Shown here: positions 31,141 to 43,600 of the stretch, one piece after another
Layout of the letters: the number at the start of each line of letters is the position of its first letter
Numbering within the stretch: position 1 is the first letter of the stretch
DNA from: Leptolyngbyaceae cyanobacterium
GTDB lineage: Bacteria > Cyanobacteriota > Cyanobacteriia > Phormidesmidales > Phormidesmidaceae
NCBI GenBank assembly: GCA_965263355.1
Contig: CBDHHL010000049.1
Coordinates: 32,001-96,000 of the forward strand
Direction: 5' to 3'
DNA length: 64,000 nucleotides
Notes under the pieces: generated by a model
The model's input: only the letters and a program-made list of their open reading frames with translations
Databases searched by the model: none
What the model was told of the DNA's origin: nothing
Translations under genes and position numbers: made by a program

Positions 31141-32167
31141 TCAACAAACCGAAGCACTGTTATCTCAGGAAAAATCCTCGGACATTGCGCAACAGGCTGC
31201 CGCTGCTGCTGCAAAACGCCTCAAGGCCAATCAAAGTCATGGGGGGCAAGGAGGCGTAAAACGCGAAGTTAATAATTCCCACTTACAGTCTATTTACCAA
31301 CGTCTGAGCCTGAGTATTTATGGTATTCCAGCGTTTGGTGCAGTTATTGCCCTGGTATTACTCCCCTACACTGGGTTACATGGGGTGGACATTGGACTCT
31401 TGGTCATTTTCCATATCCTGAGTTTTCTAGGATTGGAAGTGGGTTACCATCGCCTCTTTAGTCACCGTGCATTTCAGGCAACGATACCTGTTCAGGTGAT
31501 ACTTGCCATTTTAGGCGCAACGGCGGTCCAGGGTGGTGTTGTCCATTGGGTGGCCCAGCATCGTTTACATCATCGCTACTCAGATCAATCGGAAGATCCC
31601 CACTCTCCTCATTTGCATGGGAACGGGGTTTTAGGGATAGCCCAGGGCCTTTGGTTTGCCCAAATCGGTTGGGTATTGCAGGGGAAAGTGCCTAATGTCA
31701 CATTTTGGGCCAGGGATATGTTGCGGTCTTCTGCGATCGCAAAAGTAAACCAACTACAACAGGTTTGGGTTGTAGTTGGAATCCTGCTACCGTCTATTCT
31801 TGATGGTTTGATCACTCAATCCTGGATGGGAGCCCTGAGGGGACTTTTATGGGCTGGCTTTGTCCGGGTGTTGATCACGCAGCACACTCTGGGAGCAACA
31901 AATTCCTTTGGCCATTTGTGCGGTAATCGCATGTTTGAGGCAAAGGACCGCAGCACTAATAATATTTGGATGGTGCTACCTAGCCTGGGACAGGCCTGGC
32001 ACAACAATCATCACGCTTTTCCAAGCTCCGCTGTAGCTGGTTTTTATTGGTGGCAGATTGATCCAAGTACCTGGTTACTCAGAGCATTAGAAAAAGCTGG
32101 CTGGGTTTGGGATTTGAAGGTACCTAATAAAGCCATGCTTAATGCCAAACGAATTGTAACAAGTTAA
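31133..32167 (+). CDS. Membrane desaturase/acetylenase 2
   Basis: His boxes HRLFSH, HRLHH and HNNHH. ATG 31133 overlaps the upstream stop. Confidence 0.9.
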   Translation: MGNQQTEALLSQEKSSDIAQQAAAAAAKRLKANQSHGGQGGVKREVNNSHLQSIYQRLSLSIYGIPAFGAVIALVLLPYTGLHGVDIGLLVIFHILSFLGLEVGYHRLFSHRAFQATIPVQVILAILGATAVQGGVVHWVAQHRLHHRYSDQSEDPHSPHLHGNGVLGIAQGLWFAQIGWVLQGKVPNVTFWARDMLRSSAIAKVNQLQQVWVVVGILLPSILDGLITQSWMGALRGLLWAGFVRVLITQHTLGATNSFGHLCGNRMFEAKDRSTNNIWMVLPSLGQAWHNNHHAFPSSAVAGFYWWQIDPSTWLLRALEKAGWVWDLKVPNKAMLNAKRIVTS

Positions 32168-32198
32168 CAGCCATATACCCACACTCCCTGCTAGACAA

Positions 32199-33197
32199 AT
32201 GTATAGTCAACTGCCTGATAACACAATTACTAGAGAGTTAGACTCCTTGCCAGAGTATAAAACTCCAATATCTACTCGGCAAGATACGTTGAGTAACCAA
32301 CATCTAAAAAGTATTCATCGTCGATTTAGTATAGCCACCATTATGATTCCAACTTTAGGCACTGTGGTGGCTGTGAGCCTGATCCCCTATTGGGGATTTG
32401 GCACCATGGAACTCAGTCTTTTAATCTGTGGTTATTTTTTAACCTTGTCGGGGGTGGAAACAGGATTTCACCGTCTCTTTTCTCACAAATCGTTTCAGTG
32501 CAATAAAGGGGTTTGGCTGTGGTTTGGTATTCTCGGGTCCATGGCAGCGGAAGGTCCGGTGATCAATTGGGCAGCTACCCATCGACGCCATCATCGCTAC
32601 AGTGATAGACTCGGCGATCCTCACTCACCGGTTTACAACAAAACCACTAAACTGAAAACACTGCCCGGTTTTTTGCATGCCCACATGGGCTGGATGTTTA
32701 ACCCGGAAGTGACCAATTCAATTTTATATGCCAGAGACTTTTTACGTGACCCACTCGTGTTTTGGATCAACCGCTGGTATTTAGGTTGGGTTAGCCTTGG
32801 GTTACTCATTCCTACGGTGTTAGGATTTGCGATTACTGGCAGTTGGGTAGGAGCTGTAAAAGGATTATTGTGGGGTGGATTGGTGCGTATTTTTTGCGTA
32901 CATCATGCCACCTGGTCCACAAATTCCCTGGGCCATATTATTGGCAGACGACCCTATGGTACAAAAGACAGAAGTACTAATAATTTTTGGCTGTCTATTC
33001 TCTCAGTGGGTGGATCCTGGCACAACAACCATCATGCTTTTGCCTATTCGGCTTGCCATGGTTTGGAATGGTGGCAGCTAGACCCAGGAGCCTGGACCTT
33101 GAGAACGTTAGAGAAGCTCGGCTGGGTTTGGGCCATGCGAGTACCAACAGAACAGGTAAAACAAGCAAAGCGACGGGACCTCTCAGCCAATGACTAG
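32199..33197 (+). CDS. Membrane desaturase/acetylenase 3
   Basis: His boxes HRLFSH, HRRHH and HNNHH. Confidence 0.9.
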   Translation: MYSQLPDNTITRELDSLPEYKTPISTRQDTLSNQHLKSIHRRFSIATIMIPTLGTVVAVSLIPYWGFGTMELSLLICGYFLTLSGVETGFHRLFSHKSFQCNKGVWLWFGILGSMAAEGPVINWAATHRRHHRYSDRLGDPHSPVYNKTTKLKTLPGFLHAHMGWMFNPEVTNSILYARDFLRDPLVFWINRWYLGWVSLGLLIPTVLGFAITGSWVGAVKGLLWGGLVRIFCVHHATWSTNSLGHIIGRRPYGTKDRSTNNFWLSILSVGGSWHNNHHAFAYSACHGLEWWQLDPGAWTLRTLEKLGWVWAMRVPTEQVKQAKRRDLSAND

Positions 33198-34191
33198 TTT
33201 AGATGCTTCAATCGGGAAGAATCCTCTCCCACAGGTTTCAGAAACGGATATAAAATCCTCCAACGCTAAAATTTTTCTAGATAATCCACGCATTTATAAA
33301 CTGCAGTATCGGGTGGCTCTGGTCAGTGTGGTTGTTCCTACGATTGGTACAATGGTCGCCCTGGTGTCATTACCATTTTGGGGTATTAATGTCGTATCCA
33401 TAGGGCTATTGGTGGTCTTTTATAGTTTGACCATGACGGGTATTATTGTCGGATTTCATCGATATTTCTCTCACCGTTCTTTTGAGACAACCCGATCCAT
33501 TCGGGCATTGTTGTTGATTTTAGGCTCCATGGCTATGCAGGGTCCTCTGATTAATTGGGTAGCCACTCACCGACGACATCATAAATATAGTGATGTCCCA
33601 CTGGATACCCATTCTCCCCACTGGCGTGGAGACGAACAGGTGTCAGGAATTCGAGGGTTTTGGCATGGACACATTGGCTGGATGTTTGTCAGTAAAATCA
33701 CAAATTCGGCTCTTTTTGCCAAAGACTTGTTGCAAGACCCGCTAATTGTCAAGTTAAATCGGAGTTACTTTGGCTGGATTACCCTTGGTGTATTGCTGCC
33801 AGCAATTCTAGGAGGTTTACTCACTCAAAGTTGGCAGGGAGCTTGCCAGGGTTTTCTTTGGGGTGGATTGGTACGAATCTTTTTAGTACACCATGCATGC
33901 TGGGCGATTTCTTCAGTTGCACATAACTATGGAACCCGTCCCTTTATAACGCCAGACAGAAGTACCAACAACCGTTGGTTAGCCATCCCTAGTTTTGGCG
34001 GCACCTGGCATAACAATCACCATGCTTTTCCCCAGTCACCCGTCACAGGGTTGATGTGGTGGCAGTTTGACATTGGAGGAATAATTGTTCAAGCAATGAG
34101 TTTTCTTGGTCTTGCTTGGAACTTAAAGACACCTTCACGGAGCTTGATTGAGTCTAGACAGAAGAGGAGAGTATTAATGGATACGCTATGA
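33190..34191 (+). CDS. Membrane desaturase/acetylenase 4
   Basis: His boxes HRYFSH, HRRHH and HNNHH. Overlaps desaturase 3 by 8 bp. Confidence 0.9.
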   Translation: MTSLDASIGKNPLPQVSETDIKSSNAKIFLDNPRIYKLQYRVALVSVVVPTIGTMVALVSLPFWGINVVSIGLLVVFYSLTMTGIIVGFHRYFSHRSFETTRSIRALLLILGSMAMQGPLINWVATHRRHHKYSDVPLDTHSPHWRGDEQVSGIRGFWHGHIGWMFVSKITNSALFAKDLLQDPLIVKLNRSYFGWITLGVLLPAILGGLLTQSWQGACQGFLWGGLVRIFLVHHACWAISSVAHNYGTRPFITPDRSTNNRWLAIPSFGGTWHNNHHAFPQSPVTGLMWWQFDIGGIIVQAMSFLGLAWNLKTPSRSLIESRQKRRVLMDTL

Positions 34192-34307
34192 GTTAGGTAT
34201 TACCCCACAAGGAAGTGTCAAGACTTCTGTCTCGACGCTGCCATAGACGTCTCAACAGGATTTATTCAGCAATCGATATAACTACATATTTTTGGTAGGA
34301 GAGACTT

Positions 34308-34577
34308 ATGACTTCTGTAAATGTTTCTGATAAAGCTAGCAATCTGACTGCGGCATCTATTCAAGAGTGGCTCACCCACTATCTTGCAAATCTGCTGGAT
34401 ATAGACTCTGACGATATTGATGTTGAAACTCCGTTTGAAGGATATGGTTTGGACTCTGCCGCTGCTGTTGCTATGACTGGAGACTTAGAGGACTGGCTAC
34501 AGGTTGAGCTAGATCCCACCCTGGTGTATGACTATCCAACCGTTGAAAAGTTGTCTAATCACCTGGCAGTTCAGTAA
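34308..34577 (+). CDS. Stand-alone acyl carrier protein (JamC-like)
   Basis: YGLDSAAAV phosphopantetheine site and YDYPT; AGGAG RBS. Confidence 0.93.
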   Translation: MTSVNVSDKASNLTAASIQEWLTHYLANLLDIDSDDIDVETPFEGYGLDSAAAVAMTGDLEDWLQVELDPTLVYDYPTVEKLSNHLAVQ

Positions 34578-34620
34578 CAAACTGCACTTTATTTTTGCTT
34601 GAGTCTGGAGGGGCACAGAG

Positions 34621-37600
34621 ATGGCAATTGAGTCAAGGGTAGAATCTATTGCAATTATTGGAGTGGGTTGCCGGTTTCCAGGAGCCCAGAATCCACAAGC
34701 ATTTTGGCAATTGTTGAAGGATGGTGTAGATGCCATTACTGAAGTGCCAAAAAGTCGTTGGGATGTGGATGAATTCTACTTTTCTGAGCCAGCTACCCAA
34801 GGGAAGATGAGTACCCGCTGGGGCGGATTTGTAGAGCCCATTGATCGATTTGATCCGGGTTTCTTCAACATTTCTCCTCGGGAAGCAGAGCATATGGATC
34901 CCCAGCAACGACTGATGCTGGAGGTAGCCTGGGAAGCGTTGGAAGATGCTTCTATTGTGCCTGATTCTTTGGCAGGTTCTCGAACTGGTGTGTTTGTGGG
35001 AGTGGGATCCTATGACTATCATAAGATTCTCACACGGGAACCTGAGAATGCTGGTCCCTACAGTGGTTTGGGTACCTCGAACTGTATTACGGCCAGCCGA
35101 GTTGCCTATGCTCTGGACTTGAAGGGACCTAATCTCTCGGTGGACACCGGATGTTCATCATCGTTGGTGGCCACTCACTATGCTTGTCAAAGTCTTCAAT
35201 CAGGGGAGTCTGATCTGTGTATGGTGGGTGGAGTGAATGTGATTCTCTCTCCTGCCATTAGTGTTGCATTCTCCCAAGCTCGGATGATGTCACCTACAGG
35301 GCGCTGCAAGGCATTTGATGCTTCAGCGGATGGCTACGTACGGGGCGAGGGATGTGGTGTTGTCATTCTCAAGCGTTTGTCAGATGCCCTAGAAGATTGC
35401 GATCGCATCTTAGCAGTCATCAAAGGCACCGCCATCAACCAGGACGGGACAACCAACGGTATTACCGCCCCCAATGGACTTTCTCAACAGACCCTAATTA
35501 AAGAAGCCATTGCCAATGCCGGGCATAGTCCTGCCCAACTGGCTTACATAGAAGCCCACGGGACCGGCACGCCCCTAGGAGACCCCATTGAGTTTAAAGC
35601 GCTCAAGGCGGTGATGAAGGATCGCCCTGAAGATTATACCTGTTGGGTCGGGTCGGTTAAAACCAATGTAGGGCATTTGGAAGCAGCGGCAGGGATGGCC
35701 GGATTAATCAAGGTGATTTTGTCACTTCACTATGATTGGATTCCTCCCCATCTTCACTTAAATGAACTAAATCCTTATATTTCGCTAAAAGGAACTGCTC
35801 TAGATATTCCTAAGCAGGGACAACCCTGGCCTGATGTGGCAGACACTCGTGTGGCTGGAGTGAGCGGCTTTAGCTTTGGTGGTACCAACTGTCACCTGGT
35901 TATTGAAGAACCACCACTGACCGTATTAGAGCGCTCTGAGAGTTCCTTAAAAGAACAGCTCCTCACCCTATCAGCCAAAGATGAAGATGCTCTGCAGGAG
36001 CTGGCGGGACATTATATTGACTATATTCGCAACCATCCATCTATTCATCTGGCTGAGCTGTGTAGTGCTGCTAATCATGGGCGTACCCATTTTGAAAGTC
36101 GGTTAGCGATCTCAGCCCACACTACCGACGAAGTCGCAGATCAATTGCAGACGTTTGTGGCTAGTGGAAAAACATCAGGCAATATTGTGTCGGGCCAGCG
36201 CAAGCGTAAGCGTGGTCTCAAGGTAGCCTTTTTATTCACTGGTCAGGGCAGCCAGTATTCTCAAATGGGTGCTGAGCTTTATGAGCAGGAATCTGTCTTC
36301 CAAGATGCAATTGACTGCTGTAGTGAGGTATTAAATCCACTTTTGGAAGTCTCCCTTCAGGAATTACTTTATGGTGAAACCAATGGGGAGGATGAATCTC
36401 TTCTAAACCAAACTCGTTACACTCAACCCTGTTTGTTTGCGGTGGAATATGCTCTGGCTCAACTGTGGCAGTCTTGGGGCATTGAGCCCATGGTGGTGAT
36501 GGGGCACAGTGTAGGCGAATATGTCGCAGCTACCGTGGCAGGGGTATTTTCCCTGGCGGATGGGTTGCGTCTGATTGCTGAGCGAGGACGTCTGATGCAG
36601 TCCTTGCCCAGCGGTGGCGGCATGCTTTCAGTGTTAAGCTCTGAAGCGGCCTTAGCATCCCATCTAGCTCACTACGATAGCAAGATAAGTATTGCCGCCT
36701 TCAATGGTCCTGAAAGTACTGTTTTATCTGGAACGCTAACCGCCATTGAATCCCTGGCAAAAGACCTTACAGACGCAGGTATTAAGGTAAAACGGCTTAA
36801 GGTTTCCCACGGATTCCATTCTCCACTTATGGAGCCTATTTTAGAAGACTTTCGTGAGATTGCTGGGACTATAGAATACGGGGTTCCCAAAATCAAGCTA
36901 ATATCCAACCTCACAGGAGACATTGCTAATCCATCGATAATAACTCCGGATTACTGGGTGGACCACCTTCGCCAGCCAGTAAATTTTGCAGAGGGAATGA
37001 ATACCCTAGCAGAGATTAAACTGGATGCCTATGTGGAAGTGGGAACAAAACCCATTCTGCTGGGCATGGGCCGTCAATGTATCGATTTCCCAGAAAATCT
37101 TTGGTTGCCCTCTCTGCGTCCTGGTCAGGGAGATCGACCACAGCTGCTCAACAGTTTAGCTCATCTTTATGTGCGTGGAGCTAAGGTCAACTGGCAGACA
37201 ATTTCGCCTAAGCTACCGCAAACAATTCCATCGTTGCCCACCTATCCATTTCAGCGTCAGCGCTACTGGGTGGATCTGGATTCTCCCCACACCTCCCGTA
37301 ATCAAACATTAACTAATCAACAGCATAGTGTTCATCCATTACTGGGGCAGGCGTTTCAGGTGGCAGGTCATGACACCCCCTACTATGAAACGGTTATTAG
37401 CTCAGTTTCTCCTGCCTATCTAGGAGACCATTGTGTATTTGAGCAGGTGATTGTGCCGGCCACCGCTTTTCTGGAGATGGTGCTGGCAGCAGCAGAGCAA
37501 CAGTTTAAGCAGTTTCCATTGTGTGTGGAGTCAGCCCAGATTAAGCAGGGGCTGTTGCTAACTGACCAAACTACCCTACAAACCACTGTCCATAGCCAGA

Positions 37601-40600
37601 ATGGCGAGAGCTGTACCGTTGCAGTGTATAGCCGTTTAACCCAGGGCAATTGGCAAAAACATATTGCAGCCCAGATCAGCCTGACAGACGACAGGGCGGC
37701 TTCTCTAGATCTGGCCCAATATCAGACAGCCTGTGGCACGGAAGTAACCGTAGCAGAACATTATGTTCGCTGTGGTGAGCGAGGGCTAAACTATGGTGAT
37801 TGTTTCCAGGGGATAACTCAGCTTTGGAGGGGAGATTCCCAGGCCATTGCTCAGGTACAACTACCCGCGTCCCTACTGACCGATGAGACCCTTGCAGACT
37901 ATCTCATCCACCCAGCCCTATTAGATGCTGCATTCCAGGTATTAACCCATGCCATTGATGGCAATGATCGTCGCACCTATTTACCCATTAGCCTGGAAAA
38001 ATTAACCCTTTATCGTCGTCCCACAGGCACCGTTTGGGCCTTAGGGGAAGTTAGCAGAGGTCGCCGTCTGCGGGGCACCCTTACCCTGATGGATAGCAGT
38101 GGAGAGATTTTTGCCCGATTGGAAGGGTTGCGGGTTATTCCCGTTACGATGAAGAGTTTATTGCGGCGGCTGCAACCCAATGGAGTTGACGAGAATCTGT
38201 ATCAGCTGACATGGGTGCAAAAGGAATTGCAATTTTCTGCTGCAGAAGTTGTGCGATCGCATGCCCCATCTCCTCAACAGCCCCCCTGGCTGCTGTTTCT
38301 CAACCAGAACACCCCAGCTAGCCAACAACTCTCCACAGCATTAGTCCAGAAACTGACTGAAGCTGGTCATCCTTCCATCCGTGTTCTCCTGGGTACCAAA
38401 TACGCCCAGCTCGATGAGCACTGTTACCAAATCAGGGCTAACCACCGCAACGATCTCGCTCAGCTACTGGAGACAATTCCCACTGTTCAGGGTATTGCCT
38501 ATCTCTGGGGCACTTCAGACAGCCATCAGCCCTGGCAAATTGACCAGGCCCAAAACTGCGGTACATTAATAGCCCTGGTTCAAGAATTAGCCCATTCCCG
38601 CACCCCTGAAAAGTATCCTCTATGGGTTGTTACTCGGGGCACTCAATCTATTGCTAGTGCAGCGGATGTCACCCAACCTCAACAGGCTTCTCTCTGGGGA
38701 TTGGGTCGCGTCATCACCCTGGAGCATCCTGAACTCCAATGTCGTTATATTGACCTCGAAGCCGAGACAGGTCCCAAGACTTGCGGCCAACTTCTGGTTC
38801 AAGAACTATTGGCTAGCCAGGGTGACGACAATTCAGATATAGCTGAACAACAAATTGCCTATCGTTTTGCCTATCGTCAGCAACAGCGCTACGTGGCTCG
38901 ACTGGAACGCCATGCCATTACTCCTCTGGACGAGAGCAATGAAGCATTTCAACTACGACTGTCGGATTACGGTCTGATTGATAATCTGCATCTGTCTTCT
39001 TTGGAACGTCGTACACCTAACGCGGACGAAGTAGAAATCGCAGTAGATACCGTTGGCCTCAACTTCCGGGATGTACTCAATACCCTGGGTCTGCTTAAAG
39101 ACTACTACAAAGACACCTTTGGTATCGAATCAGCGGACCAGCTTACCTTTGGGTTTGAATGTGCCGGACGCATTAGTACTGTCGGAGCTGATGTCACCCA
39201 TTGGCAGGTGGGCGATGAGGTGATTGCCACCCTACTCATGGATGGCTTTAGTTGCTATATCACCGTTAATGAGCAACAGGTGATGGCCAAGCCCAGCACC
39301 ATGACCAGTGCAGAGGCCGCCACACTGCCCTTGAGTTATCTCACTGCGTACTACGGTCTCGTGAGTCTGGCTCAGCTAAAACCTGGTGATACAGTCTTGA
39401 TCCATTCTGCGGCTGGCGGCGTGGGCCAAGCGGCAGTGCAAATTGCCCAGCATATTGGTGCAGAAATCTACGCTACCGCCAGCCAGGGTAAATGGTCTGC
39501 TTTGCGAGCCATGGGCATTGACCATGTCATGGATTCCCGCAGTTTGGACTTTGCTGAACAGATTCTAGACCAGACCGGTGGTCAGGGTGTCGATGTTGTT
39601 CTCAATAGCTTTAATGGAGACTACATTCCCAGGACCCTGAATTGTTTAGCGACCAACGGACGGTTTGTGGAAATTGGTAAGCTCGGCATCTGGTCGACAG
39701 AATCAATGGCCGAGGCCAGAGTTGATGTAGCCTATTATCCCTTTGACTTAGGAGAAGTGGCCACCCAGGAACCTGAAACTCTGGCCGCTCTCATTCAAGA
39801 CCTCTCTAAAGCCTGGGAGTCCGGTGTTCTTAAGGCTCTACCCTATAAGGAATTTGAACGGGAAAATATCCAGGATGCCTTCCGATTTATGCAACAGACC
39901 CGCCATGTGGGCAAAGTTGTTATCCAATGGAAACAGCCTACGGTGACTCCGGTTGAGATTACCGCCGAGGGTAGCTATCTGATTACTGGCGGACTAGGAG
40001 CCCTGGGTCTAGAAGTTGCCAAGGGATTGGTAGAACGGGGCGCACGACACCTGGCACTGATGGGTCGACGAGGTCCCAAGTCTGCTGCCGAGAAAGTGAT
40101 TGCGGCTTTAGAAAAACAGGGGGCAGTGATTGCCCTGGTCCAGGCAGATGTCTCCAATGCAGACGATATTGAGCGGGCATTCCAGCAGGTGGCGCAGGAA
40201 CTCCCGCCGCTAAAAGGAATTGTCCATGGGGCTGGTCTACTAGACGATGGACTGCTGTATCAGATGGACTGGGCTCAGATGGAGCGGGTAATGGCACCCA
40301 AGGTAGCCGGTAGCTGGTACTTACATCAACAAAGCCAGACATTGGACCTGGACTTCTTTGTCTGTTTCTCTTCCATGGCAGCACTGCTGGGGTCTCCTGG
40401 TCAAGGTAACTATGCCGCGGCCAATGCCTTTATGGATGGTCTGATGGACTATCGCCGTGGACAAGGATTGCCTGGACAAAGTATCCACTGGGGTCCCTGG
40501 GGTGAAATAGGCATGGCAGCTCAGCTCTCTGCACCACAACAGCAGCGATTGAGGGAAGGGGGGCTCACTCCCTTGAATCCCCAGGCAGGTATTCAAACCC

Positions 40601-43600
40601 TGTTTGACCTGATTCAAAATCGGTCTGCTAACACAGCGGTCCTGCCTATTGAATGGTCAGCGTTTCTCTCTCAGTTTTCTTCAGTTCCTACAGTCTTTAA
40701 TACTATTGCTCCTAAGCGACAGCACCAACCGGTGATTAAGCAACAACAGCAACTTTCTCCGGTGGTACAACAGCTTCAAACACTGTCTACAGAAGAACGT
40801 CGTAACTTCTTGATCGACCTATTACGTAGTCAGGTGGCTAAGGTGGTTGGCCGGACAGATCCTAAACGCATCGGTATGCGTCAGTCCCTGTTTGATTTGG
40901 GCCTTGATTCCCTAATGGCTATTGAGCTAAAAAGCCAGCTAGAATCCAATCTGCAAATTTCGGTGGGTAACACACTACTGTTTGACTACCCCACCATTGA
41001 ATCATTGGTAGACTATCTGCTGTCCGATAGTCAATTAGCCACTTATTTTGAACGTAAACCACAAGCAGTAGCCCTTTCCCAGAAAAATCTTTCAGCTGTC
41101 CCAGATATTGGTGACACTGAGCCCATTGCCATTGTTGGCATGAGCTGTCGTTTTCCAGGTGGGGTAACCTCACCCGAAGAGTTTTGGCAACTGCTCTATC
41201 AGGGTATAGATGGTATTTCGGTGGTGCCCAAGAGCCGTTGGAATATTGATGAATACTATGATGCTGACCCCGATGCTCCTGGCAAAATTGTTACCCGTTT
41301 TGGTGGCTTTGTCTCCAATGCAGAAAACTTTGATGCAGGATTCTTTGGCATTGCGCCTCGGGAGGCCGAGAGTCTAGATCCTCAACAGCGGCTATTACTG
41401 GAAGTCAGTTGGGAAGCACTGGAACGAGCCCATCAAGTACCCGAATCGTTGTTTAACAGTCTGACTGGGGTGTTTATTGGTATCTGCTCCAATGACTACA
41501 CTGACCGTTTGGCCCAGGTTGATACACCCCAGGCTTACTGGGGGACAGGTAATGCCCTGAGTGTAGCAGCGGGGCGTCTGTCCTATGTTCTGGGACTGAC
41601 TGGACCAAGTATGTCAGTCGATACAGCCTGTTCGTCTTCATTGGTGTCGCTACATCTGGCTTGTCAGAGTCTGCGTCAGGGAGAATGTAATCTGGCTCTA
41701 GCAGGTGGTGTGAACTTGCTGCTGTCACCGGGACAAAGTGTGGTTTTTTCCCAGGCTGGGATGCTCTCCCCTGATGGTCGTTGTAAGACCTTTGATGCCT
41801 CTGCCAATGGCTATGTGCGGGGAGAAGGCTGTGGGATACTTGTGCTCAAGCGTCTGTCCGATGCCCAGCGGGATGGCGACAACATTCTCGCGATGGTGCG
41901 TGGCAGTGCAGTCAATCAGGATGGCCCCAGTGGTGGTTTGACGGTACCCAACGGTCCGTCGCAACAAAGTGTGATTCGTCAAGCATTGGCCAATGGTGGA
42001 GTGACCCCGACTGAGGTGAGTTACATTGAGGCCCATGGTACGGGTACTAGCCTGGGTGACCCAATTGAAGTGGCGGCATTAGGGGAAGTCTTTAGGGACC
42101 ATGGTCAGGCTAATCCGCTGCTGATTGGCTCGACAAAAACCAATATTGGTCACCTGGAAGGGGCGGCAGGTGTTGCGGGTCTGATGAAGGTAATCTTGCA
42201 ACTGCAGTATAAACAGATTGTGCCCCATCTCCATTTTTCAGACCCCAATGGCTATATTGATTGGGACAATCTACCGGTGAAGGTACCTACGGCTGCAACA
42301 GAATGGCAGCCCTCTCAGCAAAACCGCATTGCAGGGGTGAGTTCCTTTGGCTTTGGTGGTACTAACTGCCATGTTGTATTGCAGGAAGCGCCGACTTCAG
42401 GCCAACAATCAGAGATTTCGATTTCCTCGCAAGAGGGGCCTTACCTGTTGACTTTGTCGGCGAAATCGCAGGCTGGATTAGAAGCGGTGGCTCAGCGGTA
42501 CAGTGCTTATTTGCAGCAGTCAGAGGTTGCGTTAGCGGCATTGAGTGGGGTGGTGAATTGCGATCGCACCCACTTTCCCCATCGTCTTGCTATTCTCACA
42601 GATACCACTGAGGAGTTAAGTCGTGCCCTTGGCAATATTCATGCAGATAACATAATTACCGGTCAGGCGACCATTGACCAGACACCCACCGTTGCCTTTC
42701 TATTTACTGGTCAGGGGTCCCAATATCTGCATATGGGCAAGGAACTCTATGCCCAGGAATCGGTCTTCCGAGAGGCCATTGATCGCTGTAGTGACGTATT
42801 AAATCAACTGCTGGATATCCCCCTCCAGTCCTTGCTCTATCCCGAGAATAATAACAATGGCTACGGCGCAGTGCTGACCGAGCGTCTGAATCAGACCCAA
42901 TACACTCAGCCAGTATTGTTTGCCTTTGAATATGCCTTGGCCCAACTGTGGCTCTCCTGGGGGATTCAACCCTCGGTAGTGATGGGTCACAGCGTTGGTG
43001 AATATGTGGCAGCAACTATTGCGGGTGTATTTTCGTTAGACGATGGCCTACGATTGATTGCGGAGCGGGGACGGTTGATGCAGTCCTTGCCTGCGGGTGG
43101 CGGCATGCTGTCGGTGTTGGCATCGGAGAAGATGCTTAAGCCCTATTTAGAAGAGATTGAGAGTGAAGCGGACAGGGTTTCCATTGCCGCATTTAATGGG
43201 CCGGAAAGTATTGTGCTGTCGGGTAGTTGGGATCACCTAACCAGGTTAGAGGACAAACTGACTAAGGCAGGCATTAAAACAAAACAACTGGCCGTTTCCC
43301 ATGGGTTCCACTCCCACTTAATGGACCCCATCCTTGAAGAGTTTCGGCGCGTTGTCGATCAGGCTACCATCCACGCGCCTTCCTTAAAGTTGATTTCTAA
43401 CCTGACCGGTGAAGTTGCTAACGAAACCATCGCCACTGCTGATTATTGGGTAAATCATATTCGCCAACCGGTGATGTTTTCAAAGGGCATGCATACCCTC
43501 TCAGAGAATGCTGTAGATGCCTACCTGGAAGTAGGAGCTAAGCCTATTCTGTTAGGCATGGGTCGTCAGTATGTTACCACCTCAGAAGCGACCTGGTTGC

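Noticed and set aside
38190..38930. Possible methyltransferase between DH and ER in the PKS modules
   Set aside because: No SAM-binding GxGxG motif. Length and motifs (LWVVTRG, LWGLGRVITLEHPEL) match the KR structural subdomain.
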